Source: a virus (taxonomy: Duplodnaviria; Caudoviricetes). From it: a stretch of DNA of 64,000 nt. Position 1 is the stretch's first letter; every line of letters begins with the position of its first letter. The stretch is from positions 1-64,000 of the IMG/VR virus record IMGVR_UViG_3300037400_005125; one strand, written 5' to 3'. The notes beneath the pieces are model-generated. The model did no database searches. It was given only the letters and a program-made list of their open reading frames with translations, and was not told where the DNA came from. Made by a program: the position numbers and the translations under genes. Below, one piece after another: positions 28,007 through 36,662 of the stretch.

Positions 28007-31000
28007 TTAAATATCGTCGAATGAAACCCCCTCTGGTGTGAGGATGAAATCGATTACGATGTATTCAAGAGCATTGTAAGGCTTGAAGTAAATCTTCACT
28101 GGAAGTTCTCTTCTCTCACGTGACTCGATTGTATCGTTAATCTCAATCCTATAGTCAGAGATACCTCTGTTGCTTCTGATACTATCCATGATTGGAGTTA
28201 CAGTTGACAAGAATGACTGTTTTGTAGTTGGGTCATTAGGCTCGAAGATAAGCCCAATGCAAGAGATTGCAACAAGCTTTCTCATTCTAAGAAGCAATCT
28301 ACGTACTGCGATTCTGTTAAGCTGTGACTCATTAATCTGAAGGTTCTTCTGACCCCAAATCTTAGGTCCATCCTGTGCAAATGTCTTGATTGGGTTGATT
28401 CTACCATCATAAAGAACGTCCTCGTCTCCAATCTTGGTGATGAAGTGTGCTCTTACACAGTCAACATTACCTCTCTCGATACCAGCAGGTGCAAACCAAG
28501 GATATGCTGTATTGTCAGTCTGTGCGAAGTTACGAACTGCGTCCTTCGTAGCTGGCAAATAGATATACTGGTTATTATCCTGGTCAAGGTATTTAACCCA
28601 AGGATAGTAAGTACATGTGTAGTTAGAGTCAATCTCTGTATCCTCAAGGTTCGTTACAGCCTCTTCTGGTGTGTACATTTCATCAACATAGTCACCAGCA
28701 CCACTTGGCTTGTCAGGAGTTGTTACAACATAGATAGAATCGGCTCTCTCTTCCTCAATCATCTCAATCGCCTCCTCAACAAGGAGCTTCTGGTTAACGT
28801 AGTCAATACCTGGAGTTGCGAATACATTGATATCTGATGCCTCTGGGTTAGCAAACTGACGGATACCACTTAAATATGCATACCAGTCAGATGTAATACC
28901 ATTCTGATTCAACTGAAGCAAGTCTGGATTTTTAATCTTATTGAATGCATATCCTTCACCACTACCCTGATTGACATATCCTCTGTACTGAGACATCTTA
29001 TATTCGTCGGTGTTGGTTCTTTCATCTCTGTAGTCATCCCATCCATCAAATCCACCATAGAAATATACAGTGAACTTACGAAGGTTAACATACTCGTAAA
29101 TTGAGCCATACATTTCTTCTTCAGTTCCGATTACAGGTGGCTCAGAAAGTGTTGAAGTTCTAGAATCAGTTGATACACACTCGAAATTATAACCCTTATC
29201 ACCATCAACTGTAAGACCACTATACGCAGTGCCACCACCCTTATTATAGTCAATTCTTGAATCAAGGTGGAAACCGCTAGTCAAGAATGCAGGGTTGTCA
29301 ATATATGCCTTGTTACCCTTGAATGTGAAATTATCTATATCAACACCAACCCAAGAAGAAAGACCGAAGTACTGTTTTCTATTCTTGATATCTGGGTCAA
29401 AGTATCTATTGTAAGCCAAGGTTGGGAACTTTATACCAGTCTTAGCATCACCAGTTATAGGAGTACCACTGTACTGAGGTATTGGATATCCCAAGAAACC
29501 TGCTGGAACTGACGTTCTAGCTGCTGTAGAATCATTTACCTCAACTGTAATATACTTAGACTTAGCCTCATACACACCATCAAATGAACCAATCTTGAAT
29601 GCAATATATCCACTATCACCAGGTATCATTGTACAATGTGTGAATCTTTCAAGTATTACAGGACTCTCATCACTGTCAAATACGTTACGTACAACCACAT
29701 CGAATGTACCAGCATCAGGTCTTACATTTTCAATAGAGACCTTAATTTCGTAGTTGGAATTGCTACCATCTGAAATAGTATGGAATCTAAACAATCTGTT
29801 AACCTCTACTTGCTCGTAGTCACCCTTCAAGTTAGATACTATCCAAGGAGTTGAAGCATATCTGTAAGCTGACTTATAATCGTTAAGGTCAAGTGTAACA
29901 GGAGTTATATTTTGTGTTACATCTGTATCTTCTTCTTTAATTGTCCTCATTTTATAATAAAGTCCATCAGCGTTGTTGAGAACAAGTGTTGCCCACTTAG
30001 CATTAACACCGATGTTAGGATATTCTCTTTCAATTCCTCCATTCATACCACCATGTCCACCAGTAAGAAGGTTTCCATACATATTTGTTGGGTCAAGCTG
30101 CTTTCCTTTTCCTTCATCAGCATCATTATATGTCTTACAAACATTATTAACTGAGCCTGGTGAATAGAATCCATAATAGTAATGCCTCTTACCGTCCTGA
30201 GTTGTGTATTGCCTTACAGTGTAAATTTGTCCAGCAGCCATCTTAAAAATTGCTGGTATGGCGTTTGCTACTTTCTTGTCATCTTTACTAAGACCACTGA
30301 AAGAATTAAGCATAGTAGTAGATATTGCAGCTTTTGTAAAAGCAGTATTTTCCACAACGTTTCCACTATCATTAATCATACCAAGCATGTAAGGTTGACC
30401 AGTTGAATAGTCGTAAGCAACAGAAGTGAATGCACTATCAGTTGTAGTTGCACTGTCAGCAAGGAATCTCATACCTACATGCTTTCTCTTAAGAGCAGCC
30501 TGTGGAATTGTCATGATAGCACTAACTGGTTCATGGTGGCAATAGTCTGCTGTATAATAAACCTGGTAACCAGTAAGTTCATCATCAATCTTGGTAAGAG
30601 TTCCATCTACAATACCCTGGTCGAGTGCTACATCGTAGAGTGACTCAACGAATACATATGCGTCACCATCGTATGGCTTTGTACCAAGTACATTGAGAAT
30701 GTATTCCTTATCACTTGGGTTAAGTGATACTGCGTACTCGAAATAACCAGCAACAGCCGCCTTAGCATCCTCATATGCCTTTTTAGCTACTGCAATCTGT
30801 TCTTCTGTACTTGCTGTATTACTCAATACTGACTTATAGTTATCCCTTGCTTCTCTAACAGGTTCTAACTCAGATTCTTCATGAGAGTCTTTCCATCCAA
30901 CAATCTTAAATCTTCCATGATTGTATTGTGAGATATCCATATTTCCAATACCGCCATCAAGTTTATACCCCTGGCATTCATCACCGTTTGAATTGATTGG

Positions 31001-31540
31001 AATGTATGGTTCAATCATCAATGCGTCAAGATTATACCCTAATTTTGAGCAATCACTAGTACCACCAGATGCACTAGCTTCACCAACATAGAATTTTAAA
31101 GTATCGTACTTTGAAGACTCACAAGTACATGCGGTGGTAGCGCCAGTCTCAAAAGACTTATAGCTGCCACGTGAACGAAGTAGAGCAACAGCCTGTCCAT
31201 TTGCTGTAACAAGCCAAGCAGGACCTGCATTATAACCACTCAAACCAAGAACACGAACAACCTTAAGTTGCTCTGACTCGCTCAAGTAAGACTTAGCGAT
31301 ATAAGGCAACTCGTATTTAGGGTACTGGCTTCCCTTGTATTTCTCCGTACTTGTTCCACCGAATATATCCTGGAACTCACGCCAATTGGCGATATCCATT
31401 ACCTGGAAAGCAGGACCTTTCTGGGTCTCACCAACAAGACCAAGTGTTGTAATACCAAGGCTACGAACTGCGTAGTTAAGGTCTATTTCCCTTGAATAGA
31501 TACCAGGTGAAACATGTATTCCTCTTGCATTATCTGCCAT
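28007..31540 (-). CDS. tail sheath protein (oversized, 1177 aa)
   Basis: HVSPGIYSREID...GLVGETQKGPAF N-terminus; ATPGID, YYPWV, WFAPAG..RG, INPI, GQK.LQ..ESQLNRIAVRRLL, LEYIVIDF C-terminus. Confidence 0.95.
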   Translation of the reverse strand: MADNARGIHVSPGIYSREIDLNYAVRSLGITTLGLVGETQKGPAFQVMDIANWREFQDIFGGTSTEKYKGSQYPKYELPYIAKSYLSESEQLKVVRVLGLSGYNAGPAWLVTANGQAVALLRSRGSYKSFETGATTACTCESSKYDTLKFYVGEASASGGTSDCSKLGYNLDALMIEPYIPINSNGDECQGYKLDGGIGNMDISQYNHGRFKIVGWKDSHEESELEPVREARDNYKSVLSNTASTEEQIAVAKKAYEDAKAAVAGYFEYAVSLNPSDKEYILNVLGTKPYDGDAYVFVESLYDVALDQGIVDGTLTKIDDELTGYQVYYTADYCHHEPVSAIMTIPQAALKRKHVGMRFLADSATTTDSAFTSVAYDYSTGQPYMLGMINDSGNVVENTAFTKAAISTTMLNSFSGLSKDDKKVANAIPAIFKMAAGQIYTVRQYTTQDGKRHYYYGFYSPGSVNNVCKTYNDADEGKGKQLDPTNMYGNLLTGGHGGMNGGIEREYPNIGVNAKWATLVLNNADGLYYKMRTIKEEDTDVTQNITPVTLDLNDYKSAYRYASTPWIVSNLKGDYEQVEVNRLFRFHTISDGSNSNYEIKVSIENVRPDAGTFDVVVRNVFDSDESPVILERFTHCTMIPGDSGYIAFKIGSFDGVYEAKSKYITVEVNDSTAARTSVPAGFLGYPIPQYSGTPITGDAKTGIKFPTLAYNRYFDPDIKNRKQYFGLSSWVGVDIDNFTFKGNKAYIDNPAFLTSGFHLDSRIDYNKGGGTAYSGLTVDGDKGYNFECVSTDSRTSTLSEPPVIGTEEEMYGSIYEYVNLRKFTVYFYGGFDGWDDYRDERTNTDEYKMSQYRGYVNQGSGEGYAFNKIKNPDLLQLNQNGITSDWYAYLSGIRQFANPEASDINVFATPGIDYVNQKLLVEEAIEMIEEERADSIYVVTTPDKPSGAGDYVDEMYTPEEAVTNLEDTEIDSNYTCTYYPWVKYLDQDNNQYIYLPATKDAVRNFAQTDNTAYPWFAPAGIERGNVDCVRAHFITKIGDEDVLYDGRINPIKTFAQDGPKIWGQKNLQINESQLNRIAVRRLLLRMRKLVAISCIGLIFEPNDPTTKQSFLSTVTPIMDSIRSNRGISDYRIEINDTIESRERRELPVKIYFKPYNALEYIVIDFILTPEGVSFDDI

Positions 31541-31608
31541 AATTCTTAAAATATTTAATTTTTATTAGTTATTTTCGTTATATATAAATATTTAATGGTT
31601 TCCAAAGA

Positions 31609-31941
31609 TTACTTCCAAAACTTAATTTCTGATACAATATTTACAAATTCTTCGTCCCCATGTATCATATAAACATAGTCTATAAACTTTTTAATATCAG
31701 TACAGTCAAACTCAATTTCATTCTTCATAATTTCATTATGATATTCCTTAAGTTTTTCTATGTCACCATATTTCTTATGAAATTCATCCTGTAACAAAAA
31801 CGCATAAGAAGTAATTCTTCCAACCTCTTTTAGATAGTTATAAAGCTTCAGAGCGTTCCCAAAGTCAAGATTAAATTTAAATCTAGCATCTATTTCAAGA
31901 AGTATTCTCTCAAGCGTCATTAAATCTTTGAGTTTAATCAT
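31609..31941 (-). CDS. hypothetical protein
   Basis: ORF track; preceded by TATTTAT (31963-31969). Confidence 0.7.
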   Translation of the reverse strand: MIKLKDLMTLERILLEIDARFKFNLDFGNALKLYNYLKEVGRITSYAFLLQDEFHKKYGDIEKLKEYHNEIMKNEIEFDCTDIKKFIDYVYMIHGDEEFVNIVSEIKFWK

Positions 31942-32002
31942 AACAATTTGTTTTTATTATTAATAAATATCGCCAAATTTTTGAAAAGACATAAAAAAAA
32001 AA

Positions 32003-32027
32003 GGGAACGATATACTTGTTGACACAA
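32003..32027 (+). repeat. left 25-bp terminal inverted repeat
   Basis: GGGAACGATATACTTGTTGACACAA. Confidence 0.95.
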
Positions 32028-32149
32028 AATAACGTTCTTACATAAGTATACAATAAATGAGGAATTATTTCAATACAGTTCATCATTTTTTTATTTAACA
32101 TCAATATTTATTTAAAGAAATAACTTAATAAATAACAAACAAAACATAT

Positions 32150-33523
32150 ATGAAATACTTAAAAAAATTCAGTACTCACTCTGAGTATGAGACATACATT
32201 AACGGTAGTGGAGCAATTCTACCAAATGTATCAATCTGTACAACTGAAGGTGATGTGCATTATAATCCAACCGTTGCTGTAACAGGTGTATCACTTAATA
32301 AAAGTGAGTTAAGCCTTAATAAAGGTGATTCTGAAATCTTGATAGCCACTGTATTACCAAGTAATGCAAGTAATAAATCAGTAACTTGGTCATCAAGTGA
32401 TGATAGTGTATTCACTGTTAGTAATAATGGTCTTGTAACTGCTGTAGGCGATAGTGGAAATGCTAATGTAATAGCAACAACAGTTGATGGCGGATTCACA
32501 GCACAATGTGTTGCAAACATCACACATGACTATTCACAAGACTACTTCACAATGGTGGTAACAAGTGGTGGTGATATTAAATTCAGTGGCTCAACAACAG
32601 CAAATACGCTGTCTTATTCAAAGGATAACGGTGCTAATTGGTCATCTGTAACAATTGCAGATACAATATCTGTTGTTGAAGGTGATAAGGTTCTATGGAA
32701 AGGAACGCCAACACCACAACCATCTAAAGGTATTGGTAAGTTCATTGGTGGTACTGATGTTAGATATTCAGTAGAAGGTAATGCAATGTCATTACTGTTT
32801 GGTGATGACTTTAAAGACCAAATAAGTCTTAGTGGTAAGAATTATGCATTATATGGTTTATTCAGGGGCAACACCAATGTAACAAGTGCTGAAAACTTAT
32901 CATTACTTGCAACAACGTCGACAACTTCCTGTTATAGCTATATGTTCAGAAGTTGTACAAGTCTAACGACAGCACCTGAGTTACCTGCAACAATGTTAGC
33001 AAATGAGTGTTATAACGGTATGTTCTATGATTGTACAAATCTAACGACAGCACCTTCTGTGTTACCTGCTACAACGTTGGCAAATAACTGTTATACCCAA
33101 ATGTTTTGTGGTTGTACAAGTCTAAGGACAGCCCCTGAGTTACCAGCAACAACATTGGCAAATAACTGTTATAGCTTTATGTTCAATGGTTGTACAAGTC
33201 TAACGACAGCACCTGAGTTGCCTGCAACAATGTTAGCAAATGAGTGTTATCAAAATATGTTCCAAGATTGTACAAGTCTAACGACAGCACCTGAGTTACC
33301 CGCAACAACGTTGGTAATTAGCTGTTATAGCTTTATGTTCAGTGGTTGTACAAGTCTAAGTTCAATTAAGTGTCTTGCAACAAGCATTAGTGCACGTAAC
33401 TGTACATATGATTGGGTAAATGGTGTTGCAGCAAGTGGTACATTTACTAAGGCAGCAAGTATGAGAAGTTGGACAAAAGGTATTAGTGGTATTCCAACCA
33501 ATTGGACTGTGAAAAATGCATAG
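32150..33523 (+). CDS. Ig-like (Big_2) + BspA-type leucine-rich-repeat protein, putative adhesin or virion decoration
   Basis: VTGVSLNKSELSL...ATVLPSNASNKSVTWSSSD (Big_2); 23-aa repeats CTSLTTAPELPATTLAxxCYxxMF. Confidence 0.9.
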   Translation: MKYLKKFSTHSEYETYINGSGAILPNVSICTTEGDVHYNPTVAVTGVSLNKSELSLNKGDSEILIATVLPSNASNKSVTWSSSDDSVFTVSNNGLVTAVGDSGNANVIATTVDGGFTAQCVANITHDYSQDYFTMVVTSGGDIKFSGSTTANTLSYSKDNGANWSSVTIADTISVVEGDKVLWKGTPTPQPSKGIGKFIGGTDVRYSVEGNAMSLLFGDDFKDQISLSGKNYALYGLFRGNTNVTSAENLSLLATTSTTSCYSYMFRSCTSLTTAPELPATMLANECYNGMFYDCTNLTTAPSVLPATTLANNCYTQMFCGCTSLRTAPELPATTLANNCYSFMFNGCTSLTTAPELPATMLANECYQNMFQDCTSLTTAPELPATTLVISCYSFMFSGCTSLSSIKCLATSISARNCTYDWVNGVAASGTFTKAASMRSWTKGISGIPTNWTVKNA

Positions 33524-33540
33524 TAAAATATTATATAAGA

Positions 33541-33567
33541 GGGATAGTTCAAGTGGACTATCCTTTT
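33541..33567 (+). terminator. terminator of the LRR gene
   Basis: GGATAGTTC-aagt-GGACTATCC then TTTT. Confidence 0.7.
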
Positions 33568-33724
33568 ATTATGCCACTTTGTTATGTGCATACCAATGAT
33601 AGTATACATCACGCTTGAACATCATATATTCAATATCCACAACAGTAGATAGTGACAATGCATCATAAGTTGCTGAAAGTTTTGTCCTTTCAGCAACTTT
33701 GTATATTTATTCAAAAGGAACGAC

Positions 33725-33749
33725 TTGTGTCAACAAGTATATCGTTCCC
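33725..33749 (-). repeat. right 25-bp terminal inverted repeat
   Basis: TTGTGTCAACAAGTATATCGTTCCC, 25/25 match to the reverse complement of the left copy. Confidence 0.95.
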
Positions 33750-33779
33750 AAAAAAAAAGAGCAACCATTACAGTTGCTC
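33750..33779 (-). terminator. terminator of 33768-35165; its U-tract is the apparent insertion site of the cassette
   Basis: GAGCAAC-cattaca-GTTGCTC with A9 on the left (U9 on the minus strand). Confidence 0.7.
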
Positions 33780-35165
33780 CTCATCTTCATTAGGGTTAAT
33801 CAATATATGTTCTTCCTCTATTTGTTCATCAAGCGACGATTCTGGTATATTTTCAAGGTCTATAACTGTTTCTGGGTCATAACCTATTAGAACCACACCA
33901 GACTCCGAATGAAGGTCATCCCTTGTTATTTTAACGGTTATTTCATCGTCTTTCAAAAATTTTATTTCATTATCAAGACTCATTACCTCCCCATTAACTA
34001 TAAGGCTAAAATCGTGAACATTATCAGTCTCTACTGAATCAAGAACCATATCCTTGTCAATTGTAAATGAAAGCTCAAGTGTACAATCATCAAATCTCAT
34101 AAATACTTTCATTACTTTATACTTATATCTGTTCTCTGGGGGAACACAGCAATCATCGTTTGATTCCACTAGTTCAGCAATTTCTGGTGGAGGTGGTACT
34201 TTTTCACCAATTACTGGTACTTCACATAACTCTGTTTTGTCTACCATAGTACTAAGGTAATGCCCCTTATGCTTTTCTGGTTCAAACATTACATCTTCTT
34301 TTGAAACCCACCAGTCTGGTTTACCTGGGTGCATACCACCTTCAGGGGCTGTTATAAACTGAACCCTTTCGTCTGGTCTCCTATTCTTTCCTCTCCTATT
34401 TATTATACCAGTTGCATCAGAATCGTGAGAAGACATAATTAGTCTTGAAGGTATTCTCTCAACCTTGTAATCTTCTCTCCTTATTATATATCCCTTCAGC
34501 TTAATCTTAAATGTCTGAGAGTAATACTTACGGTCATCAATGGTATATTCTGACTGGTCTGATATATCCTCAAGAGTCAATGGCATAGGGTGGTCATTAG
34601 GCGAAACATACACATTAATTGCGCTGAATTCATAGTGCATAAGTTCATTCATTTCATTAAGCAACTCCATCTTATTAGTGATAATAGACACAGAATACAT
34701 GAAATTAACTGAGAATGGTTGTTTCATTGTGTACTTATCATATGCCTCTGTTCCATTCTCTTGTAGTACAGGAACATAAAACATTGCAAAATCCTTATGA
34801 CCTGGTATGTTGAAATAACTAGACTGGTTTTCTCCCTTCTGTGGATTATTCTCACGAGTAATGGTCTTGAAATTCATTATCATGTTACCATAATCATCAG
34901 TCTGACTCCAGGTTTGTGTATATTCGCTAAGTCTTTGCGTTGAATACAGCTTATATGTTGGAAGTCTAACACCGTCATACTCAAGGTTGAATTTCTTGTC
35001 AACCCAATTGTACATTTCCTGGTCTATGTCAGAGTACTCAATAGGTTTTGGAAATGGCGTTCCATTCTCCAATATGAGCTTTGACATGTTCCTCCTTCTT
35101 TCAACACCATATGCGTGGTGTCTTAGTCTGAGTTTATCCCTATATGGTTTTGGCTGTATTAACAT
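33768..35165 (-). CDS. putative neck/tail-completion structural protein
   Basis: Late-type motif, position next to the sheath; PKPIEYSDID...TITRE...QPFSVNFMYSVSI resembles tail-terminator folds (weak). Confidence 0.45.
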   Translation of the reverse strand: MLIQPKPYRDKLRLRHHAYGVERRRNMSKLILENGTPFPKPIEYSDIDQEMYNWVDKKFNLEYDGVRLPTYKLYSTQRLSEYTQTWSQTDDYGNMIMNFKTITRENNPQKGENQSSYFNIPGHKDFAMFYVPVLQENGTEAYDKYTMKQPFSVNFMYSVSIITNKMELLNEMNELMHYEFSAINVYVSPNDHPMPLTLEDISDQSEYTIDDRKYYSQTFKIKLKGYIIRREDYKVERIPSRLIMSSHDSDATGIINRRGKNRRPDERVQFITAPEGGMHPGKPDWWVSKEDVMFEPEKHKGHYLSTMVDKTELCEVPVIGEKVPPPPEIAELVESNDDCCVPPENRYKYKVMKVFMRFDDCTLELSFTIDKDMVLDSVETDNVHDFSLIVNGEVMSLDNEIKFLKDDEITVKITRDDLHSESGVVLIGYDPETVIDLENIPESSLDEQIEEEHILINPNEDEEQL

Positions 35166-35189
35166 ATTTTATTATATTTTTTTATCTTC

Positions 35190-35203
35190 TATAAATATTT
35201 ATA
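35190..35203. promoter_or_regulatory. palindromic double late-type motif between divergent genes
   Basis: Perfect palindrome TATAAATATTTATA gives TATTTATA on both sense strands. Confidence 0.6.
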
Positions 35204-35224
35204 TTATATAAAAATAGATATATT

Positions 35225-35452
35225 ATGAGGCAGATTATAAGACTTACAGAAAGTGACCTTCACAAGATTGTCAAGGAATCGGTAAACAAAATACTTAAAG
35301 AAGCAAATTGGTCAAATGCATACGACGATGATTTCATGGGCCCTAACGCAAGACTAGAAGATTTATATCCAGACGAATATCCAGAAGAGGATGAAGAAGA
35401 CCCATTAACAATTGCGCATAACTGGAAAGAAGACCATCGTGGAGAAATATAA
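35225..35452 (+). CDS. small protein consisting of the LTESDLH leader plus an acidic tail
   Basis: MRQIIRLTESDLHKIVKESVNKILKEA...YPEEDEED. Confidence 0.8.
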   Translation: MRQIIRLTESDLHKIVKESVNKILKEANWSNAYDDDFMGPNARLEDLYPDEYPEEDEEDPLTIAHNWKEDHRGEI

Positions 35453-35479
35453 AAAGGACTCAGCGTGAGTCCTTTTTTT
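35451..35479. terminator. bidirectional terminator
   Basis: AAAAAGGACTCA-gcg-TGAGTCCTTTTT. Confidence 0.85.
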
Positions 35480-36317
35480 ATGCGTTTTCCTTTTTCAGTA
35501 TTTTTATATCTTTAGCATTGAAAATAACGTAATTTTTAAATGTTTCCCCTGTATTAGTATTCTCACATTTAAGAAATAGCCCAGTGTACCCTATTCTGTA
35601 TAAGAACTCGCTGGTATCTTTTTCATTTCCTAAAAAAGACTTCAAAGTGCCATAAACACATCCACCATCATAACAATCGCCAATATATTTACACTCATAT
35701 TCCCAGAAATCATTCTCGTGCCCTTTATATGCTTCTCTACCATACTCGTTTTCTGTCATGTAGTACTTGAAAAACTTCTTTGCTATTGTCATTGCCTCAG
35801 ATTTTCTAATTTTATCGTAGTTAAGGTATTTTCCGTCAGGAACTTCTACCGTATATATGTTTTTACCTTGACAATATGCTCTTGCTGTTTCAACACTTGT
35901 GGTAAGATAAACCCCATATCCATGACTTTGCTGACCAAATCCAGTTGATAAATATGCCAAATCAAACTCATTAAAATTGTGTGGCGAACCATGAAATAGT
36001 TCAAGTTCATCAATTGCTTCACGTATAATTTTACTGAATTTACTTTCTGGAACATAAAACCTTGGATTCCTATCTGGCTCTATAAACTTATCCGCATTAT
36101 AATCTGGATTTGAAAGATAACACCTCTTAAAAGTATCAGGGTCTTGGGCTATTGCCGTCTTAATGTTCTCAGTATATCCCCTTAACCCACCAGCACGTTT
36201 AAAACCAAAACCCTTAGCCTTTGCAAATCTGTGTATTACAACAGGTGGTGGTGGCTTAGGTAAATTATATGCTTTTGCTATGTCTCTTGCAATTGTTTTT
36301 ACATCTAAAATCCTCAT
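35478..36317 (-). CDS. ADP-ribosyltransferase-like protein (ART-PolyVal type)
   Basis: LFHGSPHNFNEFD...GYGVYLTTSVETARAY...GYTG...YVIFNAKDIKI. Confidence 0.7.
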   Translation of the reverse strand: MRILDVKTIARDIAKAYNLPKPPPPVVIHRFAKAKGFGFKRAGGLRGYTENIKTAIAQDPDTFKRCYLSNPDYNADKFIEPDRNPRFYVPESKFSKIIREAIDELELFHGSPHNFNEFDLAYLSTGFGQQSHGYGVYLTTSVETARAYCQGKNIYTVEVPDGKYLNYDKIRKSEAMTIAKKFFKYYMTENEYGREAYKGHENDFWEYECKYIGDCYDGGCVYGTLKSFLGNEKDTSEFLYRIGYTGLFLKCENTNTGETFKNYVIFNAKDIKILKKENA

Positions 36318-36429
36318 TTACTTCTATTTCTCCATAAATATATCCAAATTAACGTTATTTAACAGTATTTTCTTTATCAGGTGAATTTTTTTCCATAATT
36401 TTGCAAAGTAAACATAAACATATAATAAA

Positions 36430-36657
36430 ATGGCAGATAGTAATAAATGTTATTGGAAATGTGAATTTGAAGCCAACGACGGTAGTACTGTGTGTAAAAC
36501 TATTTTTGCAAAATCCACTAGAGGAGCTTTTAAGCATTCATTCGAAATGGGTGTTAGAATAGGCATGACACCAAAGTACGAAACACTTAGAAACGCAACT
36601 GCACAGGATGTGAAAGAGTTTAAAAAAATGATAAAAGAAAGAACTAGTGCGCACTAA
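36430..36657 (+). CDS. small early hypothetical protein
   Basis: ORF track; TAATTTTG -7 box at 36396-36403. Confidence 0.7.
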   Translation: MADSNKCYWKCEFEANDGSTVCKTIFAKSTRGAFKHSFEMGVRIGMTPKYETLRNATAQDVKEFKKMIKERTSAH

Positions 36658-36662
36658 ACTTT

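Larger units (their letters stand above)
32003..33749. mobile_element. putative non-autonomous insertion cassette or invertible segment carrying the Ig/LRR gene
   Basis: GGGAACGATATACTTGTTGACACAA (32003-32027) is the exact reverse complement of 33725-33749; A10 (31993-32002) and A9 (33750-33758) flank it as direct repeats. Confidence 0.7.

Noticed and set aside
31609-31941. MIKLKDLMTLERILLE as another copy of the leader motif
   Set aside because: It shares only a terminal ILxE and lacks the ES/EN core and spacing; it is too weak to count.
32150-33760. Diversity-generating retroelement targeting the LRR gene
   Set aside because: There is no reverse transcriptase and no separate template repeat differing only at adenines in the window; repeat differences involve all bases.
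33652-33890. ORFs 33652-33882, 33699-33890 and 33325-33612
   Set aside because: They cross the inverted repeat, terminators and the ends of real genes, and show no protein-like features.
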